Shown: positions 23,523-36,286, counted from the first letter of the stretch. The stretch: DNA of 64,000 bases from Felis catus (GCF_018350175.1 NC_058368.1:214088001-214152000); one strand, 5' to 3'. Numbers and translations: made by a program. Notes: a model not told the origin generated them from the letters alone.

Positions 23523-23817
23523 CAACATCAGACATTTCGGGAACAGTGGCTGTGTAAACATCCTTGGTAAATATTGGTTCATTGTCATTGATGTCATGGA
23601 TCTTGATGATGAATTCAGATTCGGGCTCCACGGGTCTCCCTGTCCTTCTGTTTATAGCTTGAGCTCGAAGGATGTAAACAGGTTTTTCTTCCCTGTCCAG
23701 CCTCTTGGTGGCCTGTATGTCTCCTGTGTTTTCATTGATAATGAAGAGATCTCCTGCTCCATCTCCTGAAAGGATATATTTAAGTGATCCATCTCCTCTA
23801 TCCTGGTCTGAATGTAA
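23523..23817 (-). CDS. CDH6: CDH6 exon 3 (EC1/EC2)
   Basis: Acceptor ttttctacac[111 protein letters not shown] and DINDN Ca2+ motifs; donor G|GTGAGT; 295 nt; absent from the ORF track. Confidence 0.98.
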
Positions 23818-24250
23818 CTAGTGTAGAAAAAAAAAATTAAAGAAAGTAAAAGTCAAGCATGTGATTCTAAACTGTTTGTCTTGTTAACTTTTATTCATTC
23901 CTTTCTGAGGGAGGCAGGTTTGAGGGTTTTTTTTTTTGTTTTTCTTATTGTTTACTTAAATCTTCAATAGTAATGCCATTTATTAATGAATGTGTTTCCT
24001 TATAATCATAGAAATTTCTAGAACTGGAACAGAGCTTGTAGAAAATGTAGTAATCCTTGTTTTGAAGAAGGGAACACTGAAGTCCAGAGTAATAGCAAAA
24101 TGCCTAAGGACGTATTAACCTGGTTGGAATGAAACTCTTTTCACTACTTTCCTATTTTCACCATAGCATTCAGATTCTACAAATACACTCTACTGTTCAC
24201 TTTTATGTATCTGGACATACTAGAGAAGTGACATGCTATGGAGAAAATAA

Positions 24251-24553
24251 TTTTGTTTTTGTTTTGTTTTTGTTTTTTTTTAGAGGGAGAAAGAGCATGT
24301 GCTCAGGGGAGAGGGGCAGAGGGGGAGGGAGAGAGAGAGAGAATCTTTTTTTTTTAAGTTTATTTCTTTTGAGAGCGACAGAGAAAGTGTGAGTGGGGGA
24401 GGAGCAGAGAGAGAAGGAGAGAGAGAATTCCAAACAGGCTCCCCACTGTCAGCACACAGCCCAGCTTGGGCCTCAGTCTCATGAACTGTGAGATCATGAC
24501 CTGAGCTGAAAGCAAGAGTTGGACGCTTAATCCACTGAGCCACCCAGGAGCCC
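24251..24553 (-). mobile_element. Full Can-SINE (24346-24553) abutting a truncated SINE tail (24251-24345)
   Basis: Two poly-T/(GA)n tails in tandem but only one head (CACCCAGGAGCCC). Confidence 0.9.
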
Positions 24554-24968
24554 TAAGGATTTTGGTTTTTGAAACAGAGAGACCGGGGTACATTCTGACT
24601 CTATACTTTGCTATCTTGGTGAATTTAGGGAAGCTACTCAATCTCATTGAGTTTCATATGATGGAGTTTATAATCACTTTTCTGGGAAGATGTGATATTT
24701 ATTTAATTACTTATGAAATTCAACTCAAAGCATTTGAGAAACATCTTAAGTGTTGCCATGAACAATGCCTTGAAAATCCCTTAACTAGATAATTTACAAG
24801 GGCACTTAGAACAAGAACATTTAATACTCAGATTTTCATTTAATATAGGAGAGGATCTTCTAAAAAGTGGAGCCAGACTAAAATGGAATAATCTGCTTTA
24901 TAAAATAGTGGGTTCCCTTCTCCTGAAGGTAATCAGGCGGAGGCTCTGATAAGATTAACCATCAGTGA

Positions 24969-25177
24969 GGGGCACCTGGGTGGCTCAGTCGATTAAGCAT
25001 CTGACTCCTGATTTCAGTTCAGGTCATGATCTCATGGCTTGTGAGATTGAGCCCCACATCGGACTCTGCCCTGGCAGTGAGGAGCCTGCTTGGGATTCTC
25101 TCTCCCTCACTCTCTGCCCCTCCCCCACTCACACTCTCTCTGTCTCTCTCAAAATAAATAAATAAACATTAAAAAAA
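24969..25177 (+). mobile_element. Can-SINE
   Basis: Head, CT tract and tail; degenerate TSD AAGATTAA...TCAGTGA. Confidence 0.93.
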
Positions 25178-25897
25178 GATTAATTGTCAGTGAAATGGGT
25201 CAGGTTAAAGGTTGAATTAAATGAGTGCTAATATACCATTGAAGTGAAAGATAATCATTCTAACTTGGAGAACTCGCCTGTGTTGCCTATCCCAGAGAAG
25301 ATTTCCAGAGCTTTGAGTTTCTGTTGTGTCTTTGGGTCCCTTTTTCCCACTTTAGTAAAAGTTTAGAAGGTATTTTTCCTAGGTCTTCAGATAAGCTAAC
25401 TCTATTCACAAATTTTCAAAAATTAAAATTGAGGAGATCTATTTGAAAAGACCAGTTATAAGTATTAGCTGCATATAGACAAGATAGTTTATTGGTAAGG
25501 TAGCTAAGCTCTACCTTATTTCAACTCTGTCTAAACACAGTATAGGCTATGTTACAACAGTTATGGCAACAACAGCAACAGGTAAGCCAACTCTGTGTCC
25601 TGTTGATGAATACTATACGAAATGCTCAGAATAGTGTCTATAACCACATTTGAAAACAAACTCTCAAGGCAAAAGGGACTTTTAAAATAAGCGAACCCAG
25701 CCTTTCTAAAAAATTATATCCCATGGAATATCAATTATCTAAAATGCTGAGAAGGGGTTCTGTGGCCCCGTATGTTTGGGGATTACTTCGTTTTTCTGCC
25801 TTTTTCTTAGGAGTCACCCAGTGTACATTAACGTATTAAAGGCTGTCACTGCCTCCAGTTTAAAACTGTACTTGACTGTATTTAATCTAGCTTTCCT

Positions 25898-26082
25898 GGG
25901 GGCTCCTGGGTGGCTCAGTCAGGTGAGCATCTGACTTTTGATTTCGGCTTAGGTCATGATCTCATGGTTCGTAGGCTTGAACCTGCATCAGGATCTGTCT
26001 CCCTTCTCTCTCTGCCCCTCCTCTGCTGACTTTCTATGTCTCTCTCAAAATAAATAAATAATCACTTAAAAAAACAAACAAA
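25898..26082 (+). mobile_element. Can-SINE with internal deletion
   Basis: Head and tail present; TSD CTAGCTTTCC at 25887-25896 and 26083-26092. Confidence 0.92.
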
Positions 26083-26741
26083 CTAGCTTTCCCGAACATT
26101 CTTGCGCAAAGAATCCTTTGTGGGTGTTGGCATTCCCGAGAACAATCTTCTAAGAGACACACTTTGGGAAGCATGAACTAATTGAATCCATCATAACAGA
26201 ATCAAGAAAATTAACACTCCGGTTTATGTAGTGTTTCCAAAATCATACACCTTGTGTGAAAGAGTCGGAAGATTAGAACTTGAGCACAAGAAGAGGCCCT
26301 ACAGGTTATTCAGTGCAACCTCCTTGTTTTTAGAGATAGGGAAACTGTGTCCAAAGCCACACAGCTAATGCTAGTTAACAGCAGAGTTTGAGGAAGAGAA
26401 TATTATTCATACAATTAGTAGCCTTGAAAGCAATTTGGCAGAAATAATGGAAGATGAATGGGAACGGGGAGGAAATTGCTTAGAAGTGAGACAAACGCAA
26501 TAAGAAATGTAAAACAAAAGAGGACTCCATGATTTGTGTAATGTGATATGCTAAGGAAACGTTGAAACCGTGATTACACAGAAAGAGCCACTGGGGAAAG
26601 TTTAACTCTCCATCGTCAAATCCTAATGACTGAAGAGAGCTTTTAAAAGGCTATTTCATTAACTCATGAGTAATGAAACCAACATCACCGCCCATTGGAT
26701 CTGGCTTCTGGGCAGCCATGGTTAGCAAACCCGGCGCTGGG

Positions 26742-26742
<1 letters not shown>

Positions 26743-26775
<33 letters not shown>
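26743..26775 (+). repeat. Poly-G run (33 G)
   Basis: Direct count. Confidence 0.95.
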
Positions 26776-26778
<3 letters not shown>

Positions 26779-28191
26779 CGCACCAGAGTTCCAAATAGGA
26801 GTTGTGCTCGTTCTCTCTCGCTCACCAAGTGTAAGATCATGGCAGCATCAATTAACCTCGCTGAGCCAAGATCCTTATCAATAAAATGAGGATAATAGAA
26901 CCACAGGACCAGGCTGTCATGAAGATCTGATTAGAGACTATGTACAAATACTATGTTAATTCCTATGCGAACATGGAGTAAGAGCACATTTTAAGATACC
27001 GTTCCTATTAGCTCCTCATCCAAAATAAGCGTGTTTTGGCTCTTATTTTGACTTTGAGAACTTTGTTGTGAGGACTTTGAAAACCCAATTTTATAAACCC
27101 ATAGTATCTCTAAGGTAAAATCTGTCATCCAAAGCTAGTATTCTTCTACCGGTGGCAGTCGCTGTCTTCCCATGTGATACATTGTATTCTGCATCCCACT
27201 AGATTGTAGACGCCCCTCGGCTGGTTCTTTCATCACTCTCGATATGTAATTGTTGCACACTTAGTAGGTGAAGACCACATCTGGTCACAAGATTTATTCA
27301 GGTAAAAGTAATCAGAAACTTATTTTTAGCTGTCAGGAGAGACCATTCCGATGACTTATGGAACAAACACCCGAGACGATATAAAAGGGCAGCAGAGACG
27401 CCAACGAAGAGTATGAACAGGATTGCTCTGCAGATCCCCATTCTGATTTATCAACATTTGAAAACTGGTGGGAAAATGCATCTCTTTACTCAGGCCTTGT
27501 CTGATAATAAAACAATTTAGCCTCATCCCCCTCGAGGTGCAGTGCCTGTGTCTGATACAGTACACGGAACAGAAACCTCCGGAAGCCTTTGTGTGCTCTT
27601 TCCCCCGCTTGCCCCTCCTTCCACGCACCTCCCCCGGGCCCAGTTCTTTTCTCTCTTCTTGGGGAAAAGAGGAAACATGAGACATCAGTGCTAGTGAAAG
27701 TGATGGTGGCAACCAGACATTAGGGGTTTATTGAGCACTTAGATTTTAATTGGATTTTTTCTTTTGTGATGTCATTCATCATGGCCACTGTAAAAGGCAG
27801 AAGTTAAACAACAACAAATAAAAGGTTGTAGGCTGCCCGAGGCATGTTTTTACTAATTTCAGTTTAATGTGGCTGTTCCATTAAGTTTAATCATCTGGCT
27901 CACTTTTAACGATTCACCATCAAGTAAAAATTATCCACTTTCCTCAGAAAGTCACATCTCATCTGGGGCTGGCAGGACTTTTTACTACTGTACCTGTAGC
28001 ATTTTGTTCCAGAAGGAGCTCAGGGCCTTTGTTTTTCCATTGATTTATTATTAAAGTGCAGCACCTTGACAAATAAATACAGGGATTTGGGGTTGCAGAC
28101 ACAGGCCCACAGAGGGTAACGCCAAAGCAGTGCCGGCCTCTTTTTACCTGCTACACGTGCCAGCTCTGAACTTGATTTTGACTCCAATTCA

Positions 28192-28389
28192 TTTTTTTTT
28201 AGGTTTATTTATTTATTTAGAGAGAGAGGACTAGCAGGGGAGGGGCAGAGAGAAGGGGGGACAGAGGATCCCAAGCAGGTTCTGTGCTGACAGCAGAGAG
28301 CCCAAAGCAGGGCTCGAACTCACAAACTTGTGAGATCATGACCTGAGCTGAAGTCAGATGCTTAACTGACTGAGCCACCCAGGTGCCCC
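28192..28389 (-). mobile_element. Can-SINE
   Basis: 14-bp TSD TTGACTCCAATTCA at 28178-28191 and 28390-28403. Confidence 0.95.
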
Positions 28390-28795
28390 TTGACTCCAAT
28401 TCAAAAGTATAACACTAATTGTGCAGGTTTCAGTTTCAGATTTTCAGTCTGTCACTGAGTCACTGAGTATCTACAACAGCCTGAAAGCGGTCTAGAAAAG
28501 GAATTACGTGATTTTTTTTCTGAAATAAAAAATTAGATTATGGCTAATATCTAGAGTGTAGTGCAAATGTGATGTGGCCATTTGAGAAATGTAAAGGTTG
28601 ACAACTGGAGATGTCACAGGGCAATCAGAACAGTTGTGAAAAGGTGTCTGAAGGGGACTGAGGTGGAGAAACTGGAGTTATGGTGGAGAGAGAGAGAGAG
28701 AGAACAACCTTTTGCTAAATAGATTGAATATTATTTTAAATTAGGAAAATAAGTCTATGATCAAGTTAGGACAAACTGAGGCTGAACTGAATTCA

Positions 28796-28833
<38 letters not shown>

Positions 28834-28880
28834 GTATATGTGTATATATACGTGTGTGTATATATATATATGTATATATG
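28796..28880. repeat. (TA)n/(TG)n compound microsatellite
   Basis: Visible alternating purine-pyrimidine tract. Confidence 0.95.
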
Positions 28881-29067
28881 CATACATCTCTCTACATAAT
28901 GCATTATACATAATGCTAATGAATATCTTGATATTGTGAAGGCTGTGAAGAGGTTGTTGGGTAGAGTTTATACCAGGAAGAAATTCAACCTTGCTTGAAG
29001 TACATAGAAGGGATTAGAAGTAGATTCTGTTTTAGAGATTATAGGGTTAGGTAAATAATATCTTTCA

Positions 29068-29096
29068 AATTTTATTTTAAAGTTTATTTGTTTATT

Positions 29097-29141
<45 letters not shown>

Positions 29142-29250
29142 AATCCTAGGCAGGCTCTGAGCCTGATGCGGGGCTCCAACTCACAAATTGTGAGATCATG
29201 ACCTGAATTGAAGTCAGGTGCTCAACTGACTGAGCCACCCGGGTGTCCCC
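29068..29250 (-). mobile_element. Can-SINE with (GA)n expansion
   Basis: Poly-T tail, (GA)n at about 29101-29135, head TGAGCCACCCGGGTGTCCCC. Confidence 0.9.
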
Positions 29251-29278
29251 CACAATTTGTGTTTTAAGAAGCCTTCCA

Positions 29279-29510
29279 GGGGCGCCTGGGTGGCGCAGTC
29301 GGTTAAGCGTCCGACTTCAGCCAGGTCACGATTTCGCGGTCCGTGAGTTCGAGCCCCGCGTCGGGCTCTGGGCTGATGGCTCAGAGCGTGGAGCCTGTTT
29401 CCGATTCTGTGTCTCCCCCTCTCTCTGCCCCTCCCCCGTTCATGCTCTGTCTCTCCCTGTCCCAAAAATAAATTAAAAAAAACGTTGAAAAAAAAATTAA
29501 AAAAAAAAAA
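29279..29510 (+). mobile_element. Young feline SINE (SINEC_Fc-like)
   Basis: Near-identical to the 9261 copy, CpG-rich; TSD AAGAAGCCTTCCAGGGG. Confidence 0.96.
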
Positions 29511-29526
29511 GAAGCCTTCCAGGGGC

Positions 29527-29743
29527 GGGGGTGCCTGGGTGGCTCAGTCAGGTAAGCATCTGATTTCGGCTCAGGTCATGATCTCGCAGTCAGTGAGTTT
29601 GAGTCCCACATCGTGCTCTGTGCTGACAGCTCAGAGCCTGGAGCCTGCTTCTGATTCTGTGTCTCCCTCCCTCTCTGCTCCTCCCCCACTCACGCTCTCT
29701 CTCTGCCTCTCAAAGATGAATAAATGTTAAAAAAAAAAAAAAA
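29527..29743 (+). mobile_element. Older Can-SINE
   Basis: GGGGGTGCCTGGGTGGCTCAG head, CpG-decayed body, poly-A. Confidence 0.94.
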
Positions 29744-29852
29744 GAAGACGACCTCCAGGTAATTCCGATGAGTGCTGAACGTTGATTACCATTGCCTTAA
29801 CTAGTATAATAGTTAACAGCATGGACTTGGGCAAGGGAAACACATGGGTGTA

Positions 29853-29982
29853 GGGATGCCCAGCTGGCTCCATCGGTGGAGCATGGAACTCTGGATCTCG
29901 GGGTTGTGAGTTCAAGCCCCATCTCGGGTGTAGAGATTACATAAAAAAACAAAAAATCTAATTAAAAAAAAAAAAAAAAGAA
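29853..29982 (+). mobile_element. Short old carnivore tRNA-SINE lacking the CT tract
   Basis: GGGATGCCCAGCTGGCTC...GAGTTCAAGCCCCA...GGGTGTAGAGATTAC plus A tail; sits within MIR-like sequence. Confidence 0.8.
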
Positions 29983-30379
29983 ACGGGTGGAAATGCATGC
30001 TGTGTACTAGTCGTGTAACTTGGGAGAACTTAGTTACTCTGTGCAAGTCTCAGTTACCTCACCTCTATGATAGGAACCATGATACTTAGTTTACAGGAAT
30101 GTTGCTCTGAAAATTAATGAAATAATGTATGTAAAATGCTTCGCCGGAGGCCTAACTGAGAAATGCTTCAATAAATTATTCTCGCATCATAAACCTGAGT
30201 ATTCAGAAGGTGGAAAGATTTGGGTCTGAATTCTGACTTTCCTGTTAATTAACTAAATTAATTAAATTTTCTTAATTTCATTCTGTCATCTATAAGATAG
30301 AACTCAGAACAATTAACTTTGCCAGTTATTCCTCCTCTACTTGCCCTTTAAAAGTTGGTAACCCTTAGGCCTATGTTTC

Positions 30380-31465
30380 AGGTCCTTGTCATTCCATTTC
30401 ACATATTCTCTCCAGATGAGATCATCTCTCTATTTTTCTGTGTTCAACTATTACCTCTGTGGCCTTGATGCCCAAATCTATTTGAGAGTATCTATACCCC
30501 GGGGCCAGTTTCTTGAGATAGACAAAGGTGCAAGTCTCTTGGACAACTTATGCTCAGTACTTCCCAACTGACTTTATCACCCTCTCTCCAAATCTACTCC
30601 TCCTCTGTATGTCCCATCTCTGCAAAGGCCATCAGAGAGTCATCCTAGACCTTCGCCTCTGCCTCAATCATCCACATTCATTAGCCACCAAGCCCCTGTA
30701 AGTTCTAACTCTTACATATACCTTGACTCACCTACTTGCCTTCATTTCCACCACCATGGTCCAGGTCACTGCCCTTTCTCCTCAGTCTGTTGTAATGACG
30801 CCCTCCTAACACACTCAGTCTTACTTCCTCTCAATCTATTTTCCTTTCTGTGACTAGCCCAACTTAAACAATAGCAACACTAATTCTGAAGATGCCATTC
30901 TCCTCTAATTAAATCCTCTGGTGTTTTCTCTTTATTCTCAGGATAAAAGTGCTCATCCTCACTCCTTAATGTGGCCTCCAAAGTCCACCATGGTCTCTGC
31001 CTCCCTAGTCTCCTCAGCCACCATTCTCTCCCTGACACTCCTTGTTTCAGTGTACTCTTCTTATTGTAGTTTCTAAAAGTGTGTTAGTCTCTCGCATATC
31101 TAGGCCTCCTGCATATGGTCCCCTTGGCATAAAGTCCTTTTGAACAACTTCACCTGGTTGATCTCACGCATATATCAGGTCTGCATAATCTTCATTTCCT
31201 CAGGAAAGCCTTCCCTAAGGTGCTAGTCTGAGATTCCTCTGCTATACGTGCTCAATGTATTCCCCATTTAGCCATTAAAGCATTCTATTTTTTTGATGAC
31301 TTGTTTCACAGCTATTTTCATGTTTCAATCAGCAAACAGCTAGATTGCAAGTTTCATGAAAGAAGGCACCAAAACTGTCTGGTTAATTTCTGTATTCTCA
31401 GCACCCAACATTACTGGCACATTGTAGTTCCTCAATAATTAATGATTTTAAGGAATTAATGAATG
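30380..31465 (+). mobile_element. L2 fragment, about 1.1 kb
   Basis: Pyrimidine-rich L2 body; TCCTCAGGAAAGCCTTCCCT; CTAGATTGCAAGTTTCATGA...CTGGCACATTGTAGTTCCTCAATAA...AATGAATG end. Confidence 0.7.
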
Positions 31466-33246
31466 TTGTAAAGATAAAATTGGACAAAATATCAATAATC
31501 ATCGAAGGTTTCTGACACATGGAAGACAATCAATAAATCTTAGTGTCCTCCATCTACTGTTTTGCTTCATTTTAGTATAACTCTATGCACCAAGATTATC
31601 CATTCCTGAAGCTGTCAGACCACTTAGCAGTTACTACCAACACTAGGCACGTGATGTAATATGAGTGATCTGAGGGAGGAATTCATGTTGTTCCCCCGTA
31701 TCTAAAAAAATTTATTTTATAACCAATTAAATCTTAATACAATAATAAAACCAACTTGTATTGGGTTTGTTGAAAAAACTAGACAAGTTATAAATACATC
31801 GAGGACACTGCCCATTATAAGCACACTGAGTGCTGGGACAGAAGTCACCTGTCAAGGGTGAAGAAGCTTCAAGATTCATTCCGTTATATTTCAAATATCA
31901 TCCTGTTGCAGAAACTAATGGATAATGAAAGGAAAATGCTCCATTTCACAGAAACATTGTTCCATAATAAAAATAATTTAACTTTATGAACCAAGGCCAT
32001 TTAAAAACACATATGGGCCCGAAGGACTGTATGAGATGGTGCATAAAAAAAACATCACCCTTGCCTTATGCAAACTTGCAGTTTAGGCTTGGAAAAACTG
32101 ACTCACGTAAAAGATACAGAATAAAAGCAGAGATTAGACACTTGAGCACTGTCATTAAGTATTAGGAATAATAAGGTAAGTAAAAAGCCGGAGGATAGCA
32201 TAGAAGGCACTTGTAAATTGGACAAGGTGGAGTCAGGGAACATGTTAGCTCTTTGATGGTTTATGAAAACTTCTTGGAGAAGGTAGCATTACTGATGGGA
32301 GACAAATGACTTAGCATCCAGTATGAGCACGTGGCATGGTTTCAAGGCTCAGTGTAGGAGAAAATCAGAGGAGGCTTTGAGAATGTGCCTGGGGTAATAA
32401 AAGCAATAAAGTCAGCTAAAATAGAAACACTCCTTCCCTTGAGTTGCTGGGTCACATATTTTCGCACACTGCACTCAGATGTGCAAGGGAAGATGCAGCT
32501 TCCTTATTTATTTATTTTTTTTTATAGTTTATCCCTTAAGCTCTAATCCCATTGAGTATTAGGAACTCAATATTAGGTTGAACATCGAGTCAATAATTTA
32601 GTGCAATCCAATAACGTCTACCTGATTCAATAATAGAGTCTCTTTAGATAACTCTTTTAGATAAATCTCAGTCTTTCTGGCTTCTGCTTTCTCTCTTTGC
32701 CCCTGATCCAGTCCAGGATACCTCCTGGGTGTATAAAGGAGAGAGACTCACATGGTCTGCATCAGAGGGAAATTTGGGGGCTTTTGGAGCCAAGGGCAGT
32801 CCTTGTACTGCCCTCTGGCCCACTGATTTCTAGACAATATCTCATCCATTACTTTCTTCAGTGGCATGTGTGTGTTTTGGCAGGTAGAAACATGATCTCA
32901 GTTCTCCAAGATCAAAGGTGAGGAGCTCAATCCTGCCTGCCTCATTGCCATCAGAAACCCCCCTGATGTCTGACTGTGACTCTTCCATTGCTCTTGGCTC
33001 CTGTGGTCCTAGCTTACAGGGTTGCTTTGTCTCTGATAGGTACCATCTATGGTATCATCCACTTCTTTCTTGCCCTGGAGAAACCCAGGAAGTCTCCTGA
33101 GAGCTAAAAGGGGGCTTCTCCTTCACCACATGATTGCCCCAAATGGGAATGGACAAAAACCACTCTGCTTTTACCTTTAACTCACAAACTTGCCACTGCT
33201 GCCTGGGAACTTCAGATATAATGTCAAGGCCATAGAAAGGACTTCA

Positions 33247-33474
33247 GGGGCGCCTGGGTGGCTCAGTTGGTTGAGCACTGACTTCGGTCAGGTCATGATC
33301 TCACAGTTCATGGGTTCGAGCCCTGCATTGGGCTCTGTGCTGACAGCTCAGAGCCTGGAGCCTGCTTTGAATTCTGTGTCTCCCTCTCTCTCTCTCTCTG
33401 CCCCTCCCCCACTTGTGCTTTGTCTCTGTCTCTCAAAAATAAACATTTAAAAAAATAAAAAAAAAAAGAAAAAA
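33247..33474 (+). mobile_element. Can-SINE
   Basis: 14-bp TSD AGAAAGGACTTCAG at 33234-33247 and 33475-33488. Confidence 0.95.
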
Positions 33475-34306
33475 AGAAAGGACTTCAGATACATATAGGA
33501 CTGTGTGTTTGTATGTTTAATAGCCAGGACTGTGAAATTTCTCCCTTGGCTTTAGGAATACCCCCACCAAAACAGTTTTGGTGGGAGGAAGAGCCAATTC
33601 CCACTCTTAAATCAAGAAGACAATGGGAGTGGAAGCATGATATGCAGTCCGGAGCCTGGCACCAATAATTTTTGGTGACTATATTTATAAGTGGAATTCA
33701 TGAGTTTTATTCTAGCTGGTTAGGCCCCTCTCTTGATACATTAAATGGGCTCTAAAGGAATCTAGAAAATCTCTTTTTCTCTGACAAAACCTAGGATCAA
33801 GCTGCCTCCATATCCCATGTTCTTTTTCAAGTATACTATGTTTCCTCTTATAACGACCTTAAAAATTATACTCTATAAAATATAAATAACTTGACTGATT
33901 TTTATAGCGGTGGACATATTTTATCTTTAAAGCATCCTCTTATATAATTCATCATTTGGCAACTGGTCTGGCTGCGATTTGGGAAAATAATAATAGCCAT
34001 TTATTAAGCCCGTTCTGTGGGCCAGGAAATGAGCTGAAATCATTACCTAGATTATATAGATGTATATCATGACACTCTTCATATTTCCTCCTAACTGATG
34101 AGGAAGCCAAGGCAAGATAAGAGTTAGGTAATTTCTTGGCATCATACAACCAACATGAGTCCAGATGATCTGATACCACAGTGTCTTATGTTAACCACAA
34201 CAAAAATATTATCTCCAGATGTTTACATTCAGATCTATGAACCATTCATTAAAGGATTACTCTGTACCAAACTGTATTTTAAGTGCTGAGTAACAAAGAT
34301 CTAATT

Positions 34307-34516
34307 CAGGATTTTTAACCTCTGCACTATTGACATTTTGTGTTGAGTAACTCTCTGTAGTGGGACCTAGACTATGCATTGTAGGGTATTTAGCAGCAGT
34401 CCTGGCTCCTACCCACCAGATGCCTATAGGACGTTTCAAGTTACAACAACCAAAGAGGTCTCCAGATGTTGTCAAATGTCCACTGGGGGACAAATTACCT
34501 CCATTGAGAACCACTG
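34307..34516 (+). mobile_element. MER20 (hAT-Charlie) near-full-length relic
   Basis: CACTATTGACATTTTG...TTTAGCAGCA...CTACCCACCAGATGCC...GTCTCCAGATGTTGTCAAATGTCC...TTGAGAACCACTG. Confidence 0.85.
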
Positions 34517-34896
34517 ATTGAATTCTGTCTACCTATTTGTCCGTCCATCTATCATCTATCATCTTTCTGTCCTTCCATTTTTTCTCATTGTGTACAGTTA
34601 TGCTTAAAATACATTCAAATAATACCATAAAGATTCTGCATTTGCAGAGATGCCACACGACCCCACTCAATTCAATCTTTTATCTTTTGTTAGGTTTAAT
34701 AACCATTGAAACAGACCTTGTGTTACGTGGAGGAGAATTTCTGACAAAGTGCTAAAAGCAAAAGAATTTTAAATTTAAACTCAGGAGAAATTTATTAATT
34801 CCCTTGACATTTATCTTTTACACTCAATACCTTGAATTTAATGTCAAAAGTACCAGAGCAACTATAAAATGAATAAAACTTGAGTGCTATAATAGT

Positions 34897-35137
34897 TGTG
34901 GTAGGCAGAATAATAGCTCTCCCAAAGATGTGTATGTCCTAATTCCTGGAACTAGTGACTATGTTACCTTATCTGGCAAAAAGGAGTTTACAGATGTGAT
35001 GAAGATACAGATTTTTAGACAGGGAGATTACCTTAGATTGTCCAGGTGAGACTAATGTAATCACCAGGGTCCTTATCAGGGAAAGAGGTGGGGGAGAGTT
35101 GGAGTCAGAGATGGAAAGGTGGAGCACAGGTCAGTGT

Positions 35138-35168
<31 letters not shown>

Positions 35169-35497
35169 CAGAGAGAGACAGAGACAGAGAGACAGAAAGA
35201 CAGAGAAAGAGACAGAGAGAATAGAGAGAGAGAGAGATTTGAAAATGATAGGCTGCTGACTTTGAAGATGGGGGAGGAGACTATGAACCAAAGGACACAG
35301 GCAGCCTCTACAAGCCCAAAAAGGCAGGGAAATGGACCCTTTTCTGGAGTCCCCAGAAGGACACCTAGCAGACATCTTGATTTTAGCCCAGTAAAACCCA
35401 TTTCAGGCTTCTGACCTCCAGAATTGTAAGATAATAAGTTTGTACTGTTAAGCCACTAAGCGTGTGGTAATTTGTTTCTGCAGCCATAGGAAACTAA
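34897..35497 (+). mobile_element. MLT1 (ERVL-MaLR) solo LTR, MLT1C/D-like, with internal (GT)n(GA)n
   Basis: Starts TGTGGTAGGCAGAATAAT...CCCAAAGATG; ends CTTCTGACCTCCAGAATTGTAAGATAATAA...AAGCCACTAAG...ATAGGAAACTAA. Confidence 0.85.
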
Positions 35498-35589
35498 GGT
35501 GGTAGTTCCTTACCTTTAGAATTCAAGGTGAGTTGAACCTGAATGCGGTCCCTCAAGAATCCCAGCCAAGAGTGGAGAACACTCACTTT

Positions 35590-35790
35590 TGGTGAGCACT
35601 TAATATGCGTCAGGTACCGCAAGAATGCTCAACAATTACTTCTCATAACAACTCCAGGAGCTAACCTTTATTTTCTCAATTTATTTTTCAGAGAAACTGA
35701 GGTCAGAGAGGTTAAGGAACTTACCCAAAGTTAAGGACATGGCAAGGAAGGATACCAAGATCTGCCTGACTCCAGCGTCTGTGCTAATTC
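35590..35790 (-). mobile_element. MIR
   Basis: GAGAAACTGAGGTCAGAGAGGTTAAGGAACTTACCCAAAG...TCTGCCTGACTCCAG. Confidence 0.75.
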
Positions 35791-36247
35791 ACACCAGAGC
35801 ATGCTGCCAAACGGCACTCCCCATGATGATTACAAACGTTTCTGGATTCATTGTATTTATTATATTAGACCCCAGGCTAAGTTATTTGTAAATTCTATTG
35901 GCACAAATGATACAAACTGTAATATGTGTTATTGTTCATTTGGGATTTATCAATTAAACAAATGCCTTTTGGTTTATTCACTGCATGAAGTTATTTCCCC
36001 AAAAAGGCATTGTTTACTGCCTTTGGCTTGGCTCTGGACGTCCAAGGTCTTTGGCAGACTGGGACATTAGTCTCAGCTCCTGCTTAGTCTAACATTTTCA
36101 TTTTCAAAAAGCCAGTGGTAAATCAAGCTGAGAGCCAGATACCCAGTCAAAAATTGATTTAGTAAGGCACCGCAACTCACCAGTTACAATCCTACCTTTT
36201 TGCCTTACGGTGCAATCTCTTTAGTAATTGCCAAATCTAAGGACACA

Positions 36248-36254
36248 TGCGCAT

Positions 36255-36286
<32 letters not shown>
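36248..36286. repeat. (CA)n microsatellite
   Basis: Visible. Confidence 0.95.

Noticed and set aside
26695..26889. Gly-rich ORF
   Set aside because: Produced by the poly-G run and adjacent MIR-like sequence.
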